From: a phage
Assembly (NCBI GenBank): GCA_024614665.1
Contig: GCA_024614665.1_4861.1
DNA: 64,000 nucleotides
Direction: 5' to 3' (one strand)
Shown here one piece after another: positions 48,925 through 57,709 of the stretch. The notes below the pieces were generated by a model. The model was given only the letters and a program-made list of their open reading frames with translations, was not told the DNA's origin and did not search any database. Within the stretch, counting starts at the first letter, position 1. Each line of letters opens with the position of its first letter. Position numbers and translations under genes: made by a program.

Positions 48925-49404
48925 TCATTGCACAAGGCAACTACTTCTGTGCCGTTCGTAGGCACGATTAAAAGACACTCTGTCTTCGCGATAGCCGCGA
49001 ATGAGAGACTTAATCTGTCGTGACAAATCACGACTAATGTCTTGAGGGCTACGAGAACCAGGGTCGAGATATATCCCAGTGGGTATATCATGAAGAGTGG
49101 GGCGAATAAACTCTTCACAAAGCGGTGCGGCCATCGGGGTGCGCCACCCCTTAGCTTCTGCGTAATTGTTCAACGACTTAGCGTACAGATAAACGTAATA
49201 AGCATAAGCGTTCACATCCGCAACAAACATTTTCCCTGCCAGCTTTTTCGCCTCAGGACTGTTCCCACCGACATAAACTGGTGGGTGTTCTAAAGGACGA
49301 AAAGGCCAATCTCCGGTTGAGGAGTAATCTGGGTCTACGTGACGGATGACCCCAGGGCATCCTGTCAACAATAGCACCAATATCGCCGCCAAAAATAACT
49401 TCAT
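48925..49404 (-). CDS. lipoprotein (o-spanin-like candidate)
   Basis: 159 aa; N-terminal signal with lipobox LLTGC. Confidence 0.5.
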   Translation of the reverse strand: MKLFLAAILVLLLTGCPGVIRHVDPDYSSTGDWPFRPLEHPPVYVGGNSPEAKKLAGKMFVADVNAYAYYVYLYAKSLNNYAEAKGWRTPMAAPLCEEFIRPTLHDIPTGIYLDPGSRSPQDISRDLSRQIKSLIRGYREDRVSFNRAYERHRSSCLVQ

Positions 49405-49413
49405 GTATGCTCC

Positions 49414-49923
49414 TCATGGATTATTAAGCGTACTGATAATCTCCTGTCGGAAATCATTTGCCTCCTGCGACCCTACCGGGCGAGAAGCGGCCTGGTGTTT
49501 CTTGGCAGGTGGGCTAGACGGATTTAACGGTGCCGGCGGTGTTACCGGCTTGGGTTCTACAGGCGGAACCGCGGCCCCAGTGCCTGTTCCTGTTGGAGAT
49601 TTGGTACCATCATATGGCGGTCGAGAACCCAGGCACGTGAAGAGACGATCGTACAACTTATTGTTCTCCACTTCGCCGTGATCGGACTTCTCTTTTAGCT
49701 CCTTATAGGATATCTCCAGATACTGAGTACGCGATTGAACGCTAACCAGTGTGTGGTATTGAACAATATAGGCATATGAGACAAATGCAGAGAACGCGAT
49801 CAGTGCCACTATCACTAGTGTCACTATTTTCCCGGCTCGTGTTACTTTCTCCCCCTCGCCCGGTTTAAATGCTTCCCACAGTATCTGTAAGAATGGAAGC
49901 AGTTTGAAAACTGATGCTATCAT
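49414..49923 (-). CDS. membrane protein with N-terminal TM helix and Pro-rich C-terminus (i-spanin-like candidate)
   Basis: About 169 aa from ATG 49923; TM segment IVTLVIVALIAFSAFVSYAYIV, then a charged, apparently helical stretch and a Pro/Thr-rich tail; immediately upstream of the lipoprotein gene. Confidence 0.45.
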   Translation of the reverse strand: MIASVFKLLPFLQILWEAFKPGEGEKVTRAGKIVTLVIVALIAFSAFVSYAYIVQYHTLVSVQSRTQYLEISYKELKEKSDHGEVENNKLYDRLFTCLGSRPPYDGTKSPTGTGTGAAVPPVEPKPVTPPAPLNPSSPPAKKHQAASRPVGSQEANDFRQEIISTLNNP

Positions 49924-49947
49924 GCTCACCTCGGAGAGTTTTTAATT

Positions 49948-51327
49948 ATGTATGATTTACAAGGCTTTATTCAAATAGCGGCTCTGATTGATAATGGCCC
50001 TGGCAACACCGCTCCGGTAGGTGAGTTGTCTGAGCTGTCATATTCGTTCGCTAAAAGCAAGCAGTATTTTACTAAAGAAAATCTGCAGGTGGAACTGGTT
50101 GCTTTTACTTCTAAACGTGACGAGTTGCCTATTAAGACCCCGGCCGTCTTTAGCGACCACGTTCTTACTGTTTCCCAATGGATCTACCAACAGTCTATCC
50201 TTGGCAACTTAAGAAACGACGAAGTTGAATTCCAGCGTTTGCTGTTGGGGCAATTTAATAGTGTCATCAGCGGTGTTCAGTCTGGCGCGATGATTCAGAC
50301 TAACAGTAACTGGTTCCCACGTTGGGTCAGTTGGAAACTTGAAACCACAGCAGATAAAGTCGAAGACCCATCTGATGTGAATAACCAGATTATTCTCTGG
50401 TTTGCTGATGAAGATTTCAATCAGGACTATACCGGATTTGAAATTGAAGTCCAAATGCCGATATTACCGGTTGATACTTTCTTGGCTGTGAAATCTGTAG
50501 TCGAAAAGGCAATGGAAGGGTTCAACCTTCCGGATCACCATAATAAGATTAACGAATTAGCTGACGGTTATCCGTACACTAGCCTGATTACTAACATCTA
50601 TACTTGGCACGACCAGGAAGACTTTGATTCCACCCTACCGATACCGATGTCGGCTATCATCTACGGACGCGCGGGTCGTAACCCGAGCAGAATTAAACAA
50701 GCGTTACGTGATTACATTTTGGCAAACTCCAGTTTTACTGTGGCGTTGGGTGTCAAGGTGTTCCCAGAAATCTTTACGACCACCAAGTTCACAATTGTTC
50801 CCGGTTGGTCAATTCGTGGGATTCCAAATGAGGAAGATGTTGCGGCATTATACTCGCCGATTCTCCCATATGATTTCTGGGTCAAAGCAATCTCCCGATT
50901 TGGGGAGTGGACTGTTCAAACCATTACGGAAAAAAATAGTGGAGCAATCTCAACTCCAACTACCGATGTAACGGATTTACCGTCCATCTATAAATCACTA
51001 AACGCTGTAGTTATCGCAGGCCCTGAAAACGATTCACGCAAAACGACCCTGCACGATACGATTCCCGACTACGCATTAATCGGCACTAACAATGCAGATA
51101 TTGCGAGAATGTCGAAGAAAACCACCGAGTGGCTGGACCTGTTCTTCCAGGCGTTAATCGCAGCGGAAGAGTATCACCCACATTCCACCCCGCTGGATAT
51201 CGTGAAGCTCGTAGACGACGTTGATCCTAATGTTTACTTCTACGTCTTCGAATTCGATAACGTGGAGTATCGTGTCTTGGCCCGCAAAGCTGTTTGGGAT
51301 GTCCCTGCGGTAGAGCCAGAAGCCTAA
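49948..51327 (+). CDS. hypothetical protein
   Basis: 459-aa ORF with GGAGAG SD; divergent from the minus gene only 24 nt away. Confidence 0.55.
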   Translation: MYDLQGFIQIAALIDNGPGNTAPVGELSELSYSFAKSKQYFTKENLQVELVAFTSKRDELPIKTPAVFSDHVLTVSQWIYQQSILGNLRNDEVEFQRLLLGQFNSVISGVQSGAMIQTNSNWFPRWVSWKLETTADKVEDPSDVNNQIILWFADEDFNQDYTGFEIEVQMPILPVDTFLAVKSVVEKAMEGFNLPDHHNKINELADGYPYTSLITNIYTWHDQEDFDSTLPIPMSAIIYGRAGRNPSRIKQALRDYILANSSFTVALGVKVFPEIFTTTKFTIVPGWSIRGIPNEEDVAALYSPILPYDFWVKAISRFGEWTVQTITEKNSGAISTPTTDVTDLPSIYKSLNAVVIAGPENDSRKTTLHDTIPDYALIGTNNADIARMSKKTTEWLDLFFQALIAAEEYHPHSTPLDIVKLVDDVDPNVYFYVFEFDNVEYRVLARKAVWDVPAVEPEA

Positions 51328-51337
51328 GGAGGGTTAA

Positions 51338-51961
51338 ATGGCACAACTGTTGCCTAATACGCCTCAGGTTAACCTTGAGGGGTTGTTCAAGGTTAAGGCA
51401 CCTTATACGTTGCCAGATAAAGTGATTTACCGTGTTGACGCGGTACAGAACTTTCCGAAGCTCCAACGTAATAATATTGACGTTTATAGCAAGTATTATA
51501 AACCCGTCGGCCTAACTCGTGACGACTATATCAGCGACGCTAATGTCGAAGCTTCGATTGTAACATTAAAGTCGAGGGACGGTCAAGTCTACGAGTTGCC
51601 TGATACGTACATTGAGACGTATCCCGGACTGAACGGGTTAAATTATAGACGCAATGTTGTGGTTATTGACCTGGCATTAATACCCGAATACGTCGACGTC
51701 ACACTGCTAACGAACGACCTGAAAAGCATTTTAGAACGCGGTTTAGGAATCGATGCACGTGTGGACATCACATCGATGGATTACGAAGGGACGGTGACGG
51801 AAGAAGAACACTTGCAAATGGAAGCGGTGCGTAAAGCCAAAATCCGTGAGCAGGTTCCTCTGACAGAACAAGTTGCAACACTCACTAAGCAGAATCAAGA
51901 ACTGCAGGCGTTGAATGATGCGATGTTGAAAATCCTGAAAGATAACGGGTTAACAAATTAA
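51338..51961 (+). CDS. hypothetical protein
   Basis: 207-aa ORF with AGGAGGG SD; followed by a terminator. Confidence 0.55.
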   Translation: MAQLLPNTPQVNLEGLFKVKAPYTLPDKVIYRVDAVQNFPKLQRNNIDVYSKYYKPVGLTRDDYISDANVEASIVTLKSRDGQVYELPDTYIETYPGLNGLNYRRNVVVIDLALIPEYVDVTLLTNDLKSILERGLGIDARVDITSMDYEGTVTEEEHLQMEAVRKAKIREQVPLTEQVATLTKQNQELQALNDAMLKILKDNGLTN

Positions 51962-51973
51962 AGAAAAAAAGAA

Positions 51974-52013
51974 CTACCTACTCCCTTGGGAGTAGGTAGG
52001 CTTTTATTTTTTA
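51974..52013. terminator. bidirectional intrinsic terminator
   Basis: Hairpin CTACCTACTCCC TT GGGAGTAGGTAG then GCTTTTATTTTTT; A-run upstream for the opposite strand. Confidence 0.7.
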
Positions 52014-52018
52014 TCGCA

Positions 52019-53152
52019 TTATTTACCGACGATGTCGCGGACCATTGCTTTGATTGTGGCAGCAGTACGTTTCTTTTTCGGCAGCTTGCGGATTTCCGCG
52101 TACAGTTTATCCAGGTTCAGAGTTTTCTGTACCTGAGCAACAATCTGCATTTGCTCTTCGTCGATTTTCACTTCGACGGTCTGCTCCTGCATTTTGCCCA
52201 GTTCCTGAATCACACTGGCAACCGACACCGGATAAGCTGTTGATTTTGGACGTTCGATACCGAGGGTAACAAAGATTTCGTCGTCAATAAACACATTTTC
52301 GATATCAGCCAAGTTTTCCAGAATGATTTCATCGTGGTCTTCATCTTCTGACGCATTCGGATATGGACGTTTGTAGGTGTAATCCCACACGTCATAGCCG
52401 AGTTTATCTGCGAGTTGTACGAAACCTTCCCAGGTTACTTCGCCGGGGTTGATAGTCTGACCACGGAAACCAGGGTTGGCCGTAAAGACTTTCACCCAGT
52501 CGATGTTTGCGATGCTGCGACACTCTTCCAGCGGCGCGTAACGATCTCCCACTTCGTCATTGTCAGACTCTTCAACATGCTCTGCTTCACAACGCTCGAA
52601 AGTAACTGAGTGTGGTTTACCGTCACCGAAGATAACGGAGGCAGAACGCCAGTCTTCGATAGTCCACTGGACATGAGTCAAATCAATGTAACAATGCCCA
52701 ACTTTAACACGACCTCGTGGGGCACTTACTGGTTTAATCAGTTCACCTGGTTCGAAGAAGAATTCGTCAGAATGTGCAATGGCATACCAGACACCATCAA
52801 CACCTTCAACGAGAATAGACCAGTTATACGGCGCATGGCAACTTTGGAAAGCTACGCCCAGCATACTTCCCCAACGGTCATCTGGCGAATATTTCAGCGG
52901 CGGTAGGTTATCAAACTGAAGAGTTTGAGAAGAAAGGCACAACTTATTACGCAGGTGCGGCAGCGGCAGATAAGCCTCCACATTGTTATCGAACAGCGCA
53001 TTGTAAAGATCCGGGTTGATAACACCGGTGCCAGTGACGTGTTGTGCAATCAGAGCTTCGGAATATGCACGAAAACCTTCGTAGCTAAGCACATACGCAC
53101 GGTTACGTACTACACGAGCCATATCTTCGATTACGGAAATTGGAAATTGCAT
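52019..53152 (-). CDS. hypothetical protein
   Basis: ORF; start placed at ATG 53152 (MQFPIS) with AAGGA SD. Confidence 0.5.
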   Translation of the reverse strand: MQFPISVIEDMARVVRNRAYVLSYEGFRAYSEALIAQHVTGTGVINPDLYNALFDNNVEAYLPLPHLRNKLCLSSQTLQFDNLPPLKYSPDDRWGSMLGVAFQSCHAPYNWSILVEGVDGVWYAIAHSDEFFFEPGELIKPVSAPRGRVKVGHCYIDLTHVQWTIEDWRSASVIFGDGKPHSVTFERCEAEHVEESDNDEVGDRYAPLEECRSIANIDWVKVFTANPGFRGQTINPGEVTWEGFVQLADKLGYDVWDYTYKRPYPNASEDEDHDEIILENLADIENVFIDDEIFVTLGIERPKSTAYPVSVASVIQELGKMQEQTVEVKIDEEQMQIVAQVQKTLNLDKLYAEIRKLPKKKRTAATIKAMVRDIVGK

Positions 53153-53211
53153 GTTAATAGTCCTTATAAAAGTCAATGGTATTTTCAGATGATTAGTTAC
53201 TGCTGTAAAAA

Positions 53212-53478
53212 CTAGTTACGGTCGGAATTAAAGACGTGCCAGGTACTACGCCAGCGAAAGAATCGGGTCATGAAACCACGCACGTGGTAGCCTGAGAACA
53301 ACATCCAGATCGTGAGAAAAAGCTGCGCCCATGGAGTGGTGAGTTCCATCAAATGTGCGACTATCGCACCAACTATCAACATTACCGTGGAGAATAACAA
53401 ACCATACATCATCGGAATGTTGTGGCTATAGTGTTTCTCCATCCAGTAGAGAAAATTTATTAAACGTTTCACGAACAC
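53212..53478 (-). CDS. small membrane protein (holin-like candidate)
   Basis: About 75-88 aa; two hydrophobic helices and a basic C-terminus; two genes downstream of the endolysin. Start codon uncertain. Confidence 0.4.
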   Translation of the reverse strand: MFVKRLINFLYWMEKHYSHNIPMMYGLLFSTVMLIVGAIVAHLMELTTPWAQLFLTIWMLFSGYHVRGFMTRFFRWRSTWHVFNSDRN

Positions 53479-53490
53479 ACATCCAAGAAT

Positions 53491-53524
53491 TAAATAAAAG
53501 GTGGTCAGACCCGAAGGTCTGACC
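53491..53524 (-). terminator. putative intrinsic terminator
   Basis: Hairpin GGTCAGACC TTCGG GTCTGACC with a weak T-tract (ACCTTTTATTT) on the minus strand. Confidence 0.4.
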
Positions 53525-53529
53525 GTTAA

Positions 53530-54123
53530 TTACGCATCGGCCTCAAAGAACGGCTGGTTTGGTACCACTGCGTATTCGAGCACGAACAGATGTTCTGGGG
53601 CATCTTCTGCTCGCCACAGTTTGTGACACGTTGCCAGTTTTTCCAGGATGGTCAGCCAGCTGAGTTGGCAAAACGCACGATCGCCGAAGAACAGTTTCTG
53701 CAGTGCAATTGACACATCCATATACGCCTGTTTGAAGTCGAGCCCTTTATCGTAACCTGCCGACTGTCGCCAGGTCAGCACGAAACCTGCTTCGGTTTCG
53801 TTAATTGCTGGACGTAAACCACAAATCCACATCAGTGCCAGATTAACGTTCCAGTCGAATTCGATACCTTCGTCTTCGTCATCACCAAACGCCGCGTTTA
53901 ACGCGTCGTAGAAACCGTGGTTCTCTGCGAACCATTCGCCGTACTCAACGTAGACCGGTGCTTCGACAGCCTCCCCATCGACTTCACCGATAGGGCGCTC
54001 TACATAGTTCGGGTTGGTTTGAACGTGTTCCGCACCCGCGCGAATCAGTTCGTAGACATCTTTGGCGGTGATTTGTGCGGCTGTTTTAAGACCTGGATAC
54101 CAGGGGCGTGTTACGAGTGTCAA
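53530..54123 (-). CDS. hypothetical protein
   Basis: 197-aa ORF overlapping the endolysin stop by 4 nt. Confidence 0.5.
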   Translation of the reverse strand: MTLVTRPWYPGLKTAAQITAKDVYELIRAGAEHVQTNPNYVERPIGEVDGEAVEAPVYVEYGEWFAENHGFYDALNAAFGDDEDEGIEFDWNVNLALMWICGLRPAINETEAGFVLTWRQSAGYDKGLDFKQAYMDVSIALQKLFFGDRAFCQLSWLTILEKLATCHKLWRAEDAPEHLFVLEYAVVPNQPFFEADA

Positions 54124-54842
54124 AGCAGTGCTCCTTTCATGATGGTGTTATTTGCCAGTAATGTACCGGCCGCAGGTGATATTTTGGTGTACAGCGTATC
54201 CCAGATTTTCTGAAGTTCAGCGACGCGTTGGTCGTGGTCTTCCTTCGCAAAAGCAAGCTGACGTGTTTCAGCTTTCGGTGGCGTCATTTTCGCACCGTAG
54301 AATGCTGCGTCTTTTCGGTAACTGGCCATCCAGCGTTTCCCGACCGGTGATTTCTTTTTAATCATCGCAACAGCAGCACTCTCACCGAAGCGGTAGCCTA
54401 ATGCGATTTCGGCTGTGCTCGGCTTGCGTTTGAGTTGTTTCGTCAGATGATCCTCGATGTGTTTCATGTAAACAGCAGCAAGCTGTACAGCATATTTCGG
54501 TTTATTAAGGTCTGCGTTCTTTGGGATGTTAAGTTGTTTCCCATACAGACGTATCATGGAGCGTTTAGTGCCTGTCGTCATTTGGACAACACTACTAGCA
54601 CTGCTCGATTTATTCTTACCCACGTTTTTATTAAAACGGGATTCACGGTAAATAGTGGTCGCAAGCATCCCGGCGTGTACACCTTGCTTTTGAGATGCGG
54701 AGACGATGAGAGGTTTAATCTCATTGAACTGGTCCTGGATAAGGACAAATTCTTTTTGATGTTTGTTACTGGTGGACTGGTAAGAAGCGTTGCTGTTGAA
54801 TGTGGTCACTGCTACCAGAAGAAATAAAATGGTGCGAAACAT
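54120..54842 (-). CDS. lytic transglycosylase-type endolysin with N-terminal signal peptide or SAR domain
   Basis: Start placed at ATG 54842 (MFRTILFLLVAVTTFNSNA, signal-like) with GGAG SD; SLT-type catalytic region YRESRFN ... SSASSVVQM. Confidence 0.55.
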   Translation of the reverse strand: MFRTILFLLVAVTTFNSNASYQSTSNKHQKEFVLIQDQFNEIKPLIVSASQKQGVHAGMLATTIYRESRFNKNVGKNKSSSASSVVQMTTGTKRSMIRLYGKQLNIPKNADLNKPKYAVQLAAVYMKHIEDHLTKQLKRKPSTAEIALGYRFGESAAVAMIKKKSPVGKRWMASYRKDAAFYGAKMTPPKAETRQLAFAKEDHDQRVAELQKIWDTLYTKISPAAGTLLANNTIMKGALL

Positions 54843-54861
54843 GGATGTTCTCCAAATGGAT

Positions 54862-54906
54862 TTATACTTTTCCGTTCCCAATCCGGGAAGACGGCGCGGA
54901 CGGCAT
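54862..54906 (-). CDS. possible 14-codon upstream ORF (leader peptide) before the endolysin gene
   Basis: AAGGAG then ATG CCG TCC GCG CCG TCT TCC CGG ATT GGG AAC GGA AAA GTA TAA, ending 19 nt before the endolysin ATG. Confidence 0.2.
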   Translation of the reverse strand: MPSAPSSRIGNGKV

Positions 54907-54929
54907 TGTGCTCCTTTGTAATGTGCCCT

Positions 54930-54947
54930 GATAATAATATCTATTTG
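54930..54947 (-). promoter_or_regulatory. AT-rich promoter-like element
   Basis: Minus-strand CAAATAGATATTATTATCAGGG overlapping the 3' end of the macrodomain gene, upstream of the endolysin region. Confidence 0.35.
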
Positions 54948-55441
54948 AAACTTTTTGGGATGATTTTCTCTGCTTCCCTCAGCAGGGTGTCTGGTAAATA
55001 GAATCGATAAGTCTGCTCCGTGTGCTGTAGTCGTTTCTGTAAGTGTATAAAGATTTCCAATCGCTCATGGTAACGTAACCAACCGTTAGCCATCCCTAGG
55101 GGCGGTATCGCAATCCCTCCTTCTAAGTCTTCCCCTAGTCGCGCCAGCGCATCAATGCCGGACGTGACATAGTAAATCTGCGATTTATAGCGAAAATGGG
55201 TTTTAGTAGGAAGGAGTATTACCCCTTCCTCAGGATAACAATAGACCTCACCGATAACGATTTGCTCTTTACGACATTTCTGGCGATAGTCGTTATAAAG
55301 CGATGGGAAGCGTTCTCGGCACGCCAAGGCAATGCCCCTTCCCATCGCACCAACACAGTTAACTGTAACGACCTTGAAGCGCTCAGGCGCGTTAAACAGG
55401 TCGTGGGAGATAATAGCCTCGTCGATCAGTTCGAGTGACAT
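54941..55441 (-). CDS. macrodomain protein, TARG1/DarG-like ADP-ribosyl hydrolase candidate
   Basis: 166 aa; DLFNAPERFKVVTVNCVGAMGRGIALACRERFP and IAIPPLGMANGWLRYHERL parallel human TARG1 segments [34 protein letters not shown] and LSMPRIGCGLDRLQWENV (from memory). Confidence 0.55.
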   Translation of the reverse strand: MSLELIDEAIISHDLFNAPERFKVVTVNCVGAMGRGIALACRERFPSLYNDYRQKCRKEQIVIGEVYCYPEEGVILLPTKTHFRYKSQIYYVTSGIDALARLGEDLEGGIAIPPLGMANGWLRYHERLEIFIHLQKRLQHTEQTYRFYLPDTLLREAEKIIPKSFK

Positions 55442-55640
55442 CTATTGCCATACCCCATTGTGAAATAACCGGAGACTGAAGCAGCGATTCCAGCTCAGTA
55501 AGAACTCTGGCTTTTGCTTCTTCGCGCAACTTACGGACTTCCGGATCAGGTTTGCCTGCGCCCAAATATTGGGGTTCTGTCTGCGGGGTAGGGAAACCAC
55601 AGAAAGAACTAACCATTATTCCGATGATTGTTTTTTGCAT
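55392..55640 (-). CDS. hypothetical small protein with hydrophobic N-terminus
   Basis: 82-aa ORF; overlaps the macrodomain gene start by 50 nt, so one of the two start calls may be wrong. Confidence 0.3.
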   Translation of the reverse strand: MQKTIIGIMVSSFCGFPTPQTEPQYLGAGKPDPEVRKLREEAKARVLTELESLLQSPVISQWGMAIDVTRTDRRGYYLPRPV

Positions 55641-56063
55641 TTAGCTATTCCTTTTCGCCCAGGCATGTACCGCTGACTCGAAACCTTCGTGTTCGATACC
55701 GAGCCGTTTCATTGCCAACATAGTGTTGAGGCTATTCGTAATTTCTTCACGGTAGCGATGGTCATCCATCTTACGCCAACACTTCTCCGGGTCAACGCCT
55801 AAACGCTGGAGTAGATACGCCTCACGCACCATACCAGGCCGCCAGAATTTAGGGCGGGTAATCGCGATTTCAATCATGGGCGTCATGTCCAACGTGTGGG
55901 CGAGAATACTAACCGGCGTTTCCCCAACTTTATCACGTAGCGCTAAACGTAACCACCACTGAACATTTGCTTTGGTTTCAGGTAACAGGTCGTAGAATAA
56001 GGCTGTTTCTTCTTCTGATAAATGATCGTATAGTGATTTTGTTTCGCGAATAGCGGTAACCAT
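55641..56063 (-). CDS. hypothetical protein
   Basis: 140-aa ORF. Confidence 0.5.
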   Translation of the reverse strand: MVTAIRETKSLYDHLSEEETALFYDLLPETKANVQWWLRLALRDKVGETPVSILAHTLDMTPMIEIAITRPKFWRPGMVREAYLLQRLGVDPEKCWRKMDDHRYREEITNSLNTMLAMKRLGIEHEGFESAVHAWAKRNS

Positions 56064-56074
56064 TTTAATGCTCC

Positions 56075-56338
56075 TTAGGGTAAAGTTGCCTCCCAGTCGT
56101 AACGGTGAGGCTCAGGCAGCGTACCAAGCGCTGCTTTAATACACGTACTCAGCGGAGTATCATCGAACGCAACACGCCCGATAGTACCCACGTTGATGTG
56201 TTTTGGATTTACGGGTAAGAACTCCTTCACCCGCTCGTACTCAGCCCAACAGATATCGGTGTTTAAAGCTGAAAACCCAGGACGGTGAAACATAAATAGC
56301 ACTCCTCGCGTAAAAATACCCCACTCATAGTGAGGCAT
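56075..56338 (-). CDS. hypothetical protein
   Basis: 87-aa ORF. Confidence 0.45.
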   Translation of the reverse strand: MPHYEWGIFTRGVLFMFHRPGFSALNTDICWAEYERVKEFLPVNPKHINVGTIGRVAFDDTPLSTCIKAALGTLPEPHRYDWEATLP

Positions 56339-56363
56339 AATCGTAAGGAGTGCTAAAACAGGA

Positions 56364-56852
56364 CTATGCTACCGCAGTCCTTAAAGGTTCATCTGCTTCC
56401 GCAGGAACCTGCTTCGTAAATTCAAGCCATTGTCCGTCTGTAGAGACGGTCTTGCCAAAGCCGCGAGCGGTAAAGAACGCAATACCAGCTTCCTGGCAAG
56501 CGTATATTCCCCCATGCGCACTGGTGAACCGTTCATTCACATCAAGCGCATCAAAAATCTGCGTCATCGTTTTGCGACGGCGTGCCATTTCGGACACGAA
56601 CATCGTACGAATCTTCAGAACCCCGGCGATTACGCGATAGAGACAGTAACCAATAGGGGTGCCCCCTTCCAGAGCAACGCAAGCACGGTTCCCCGCCAAC
56701 AGTTTCTCCAGAGTGAGGTTCGGAATCTCACCTTTTTCGATATGGAGTATGGTACGTTGGTGGTTCAGAAATTTATAATGCAGCCCCAACAGCTGTTTAT
56801 TTTGTGCTTCCGTTAAATCTGAGGATGAGGTAAGAATGACAATTTCGGCCAT
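56364..56852 (-). CDS. hypothetical protein (possible acyltransferase-like fold, unverified)
   Basis: ORF; start placed at ATG 56852 (MAEIVIL) with AGGA SD. Confidence 0.45.
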   Translation of the reverse strand: MAEIVILTSSSDLTEAQNKQLLGLHYKFLNHQRTILHIEKGEIPNLTLEKLLAGNRACVALEGGTPIGYCLYRVIAGVLKIRTMFVSEMARRRKTMTQIFDALDVNERFTSAHGGIYACQEAGIAFFTARGFGKTVSTDGQWLEFTKQVPAEADEPLRTAVA

Positions 56853-57013
56853 GAGCTGAATTCCTAAGTGAGCTTTCACCTGCAATGAAAGCGTGTGACG
56901 AAGAATTGCGTTTGTGTTTTCTTAAGTTTACCGGTAAAGCTTAGCGGTGTATACCGCCACAGATGAAGACCAGTTCTCTATCGGAACTATGTCTTTAATC
57001 AGCAACGACGTTT

Positions 57014-57277
57014 TCAACGTCGTGATGCTGAGGTAACCTTCCGTCGCCACATTCGCTCATGGCGCTTCTGATTACCACGCCAGTCTTCCCCGACTGTACG
57101 TGAAACTGCAAAATCATCCGGCCCGCAGACTTCCGCGATGTCTGCTAAAAGGTTCTTTGAAGACCCTATAGCCATCCCCACGCTAGAAAGAACGATACGC
57201 CGGGTTGGCTCGGCCGCCCCTAAACCCACGACCACGGGATCAGAGACTGTTTCACTGCTACATGTTGTTTCTCCCAC
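57014..57277 (-). CDS. hypothetical protein
   Basis: 87-aa ORF, GTG start with strong AGGAGGG SD; its stop lies inside a long hairpin. Confidence 0.5.
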   Translation of the reverse strand: MGETTCSSETVSDPVVVGLGAAEPTRRIVLSSVGMAIGSSKNLLADIAEVCGPDDFAVSRTVGEDWRGNQKRHERMWRRKVTSASRR

Positions 57278-57295
57278 TTCGTAATTACCCTCCTG

Positions 57296-57391
57296 TTAAA
57301 ACCAACCTTGCGTCAATGCAAGGATTGCGCCTAGGGCGTATGCGCCTGCTCCTAGTATCAGGCTACAGACGATACACCCAATCCATTTCAC
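57296..57391 (-). CDS. mini membrane peptide (31 aa), cassette member e
   Basis: GTG start overlapping the stop of the upstream peptide (TAGTG); sequence KWIGCIVCSLILGAGAYALGAILALTQGWF is one hydrophobic helix. Below the ORF-track size cutoff; found by manual translation. Confidence 0.3.
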   Translation of the reverse strand: MKWIGCIVCSLILGAGAYALGAILALTQGWF

Positions 57392-57522
57392 TAAAATAGC
57401 CACGTTACTACAAACGCTCCGATTGCGCAAACGATAAACGTGATACCAACATCTGTCCAGGTGGCACCGTCATACGCACCCGTTGCAATCATCGCCGCGT
57501 TGACACTATTCACGACTGTCAT
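57391..57522 (-). CDS. mini membrane peptide (43 aa), cassette member d
   Basis: ATG with AAGGGA SD; MTVVNSVNAAMIATGAYDGATWTDVGITFIVCAIGAFVVTWLF; start overlaps the upstream gene end. Confidence 0.35.
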   Translation of the reverse strand: MTVVNSVNAAMIATGAYDGATWTDVGITFIVCAIGAFVVTWLF

Positions 57523-57709
57523 AAGCCGGGTCCCTTAAACGTGGGGGCTTGCTCCACAGATTACCGAAGTAAACCCCTTCTAAGAACACCAAAACAACTA
57601 ATCCCCAAAAGGCAGGCGTGGCACGAGACAAGAAAATACCCAGCAGCACCGCAGTGTGCATTACCACAACTGCCCAAAACTTTAAACGTCGCGGTTTACG
57701 TGTTGCCAT
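57506..57709 (-). CDS. small membrane protein (67 aa, two TM helices), cassette member c
   Basis: Start placed at ATG 57709 (MATRKPRRLKFWAVVVMHTAVLLGIF...) with AAAGGA SD; overlaps neighbours on both sides. Confidence 0.4.
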   Translation of the reverse strand: MATRKPRRLKFWAVVVMHTAVLLGIFLSRATPAFWGLVVLVFLEGVYFGNLWSKPPRLRDPAYDSRE

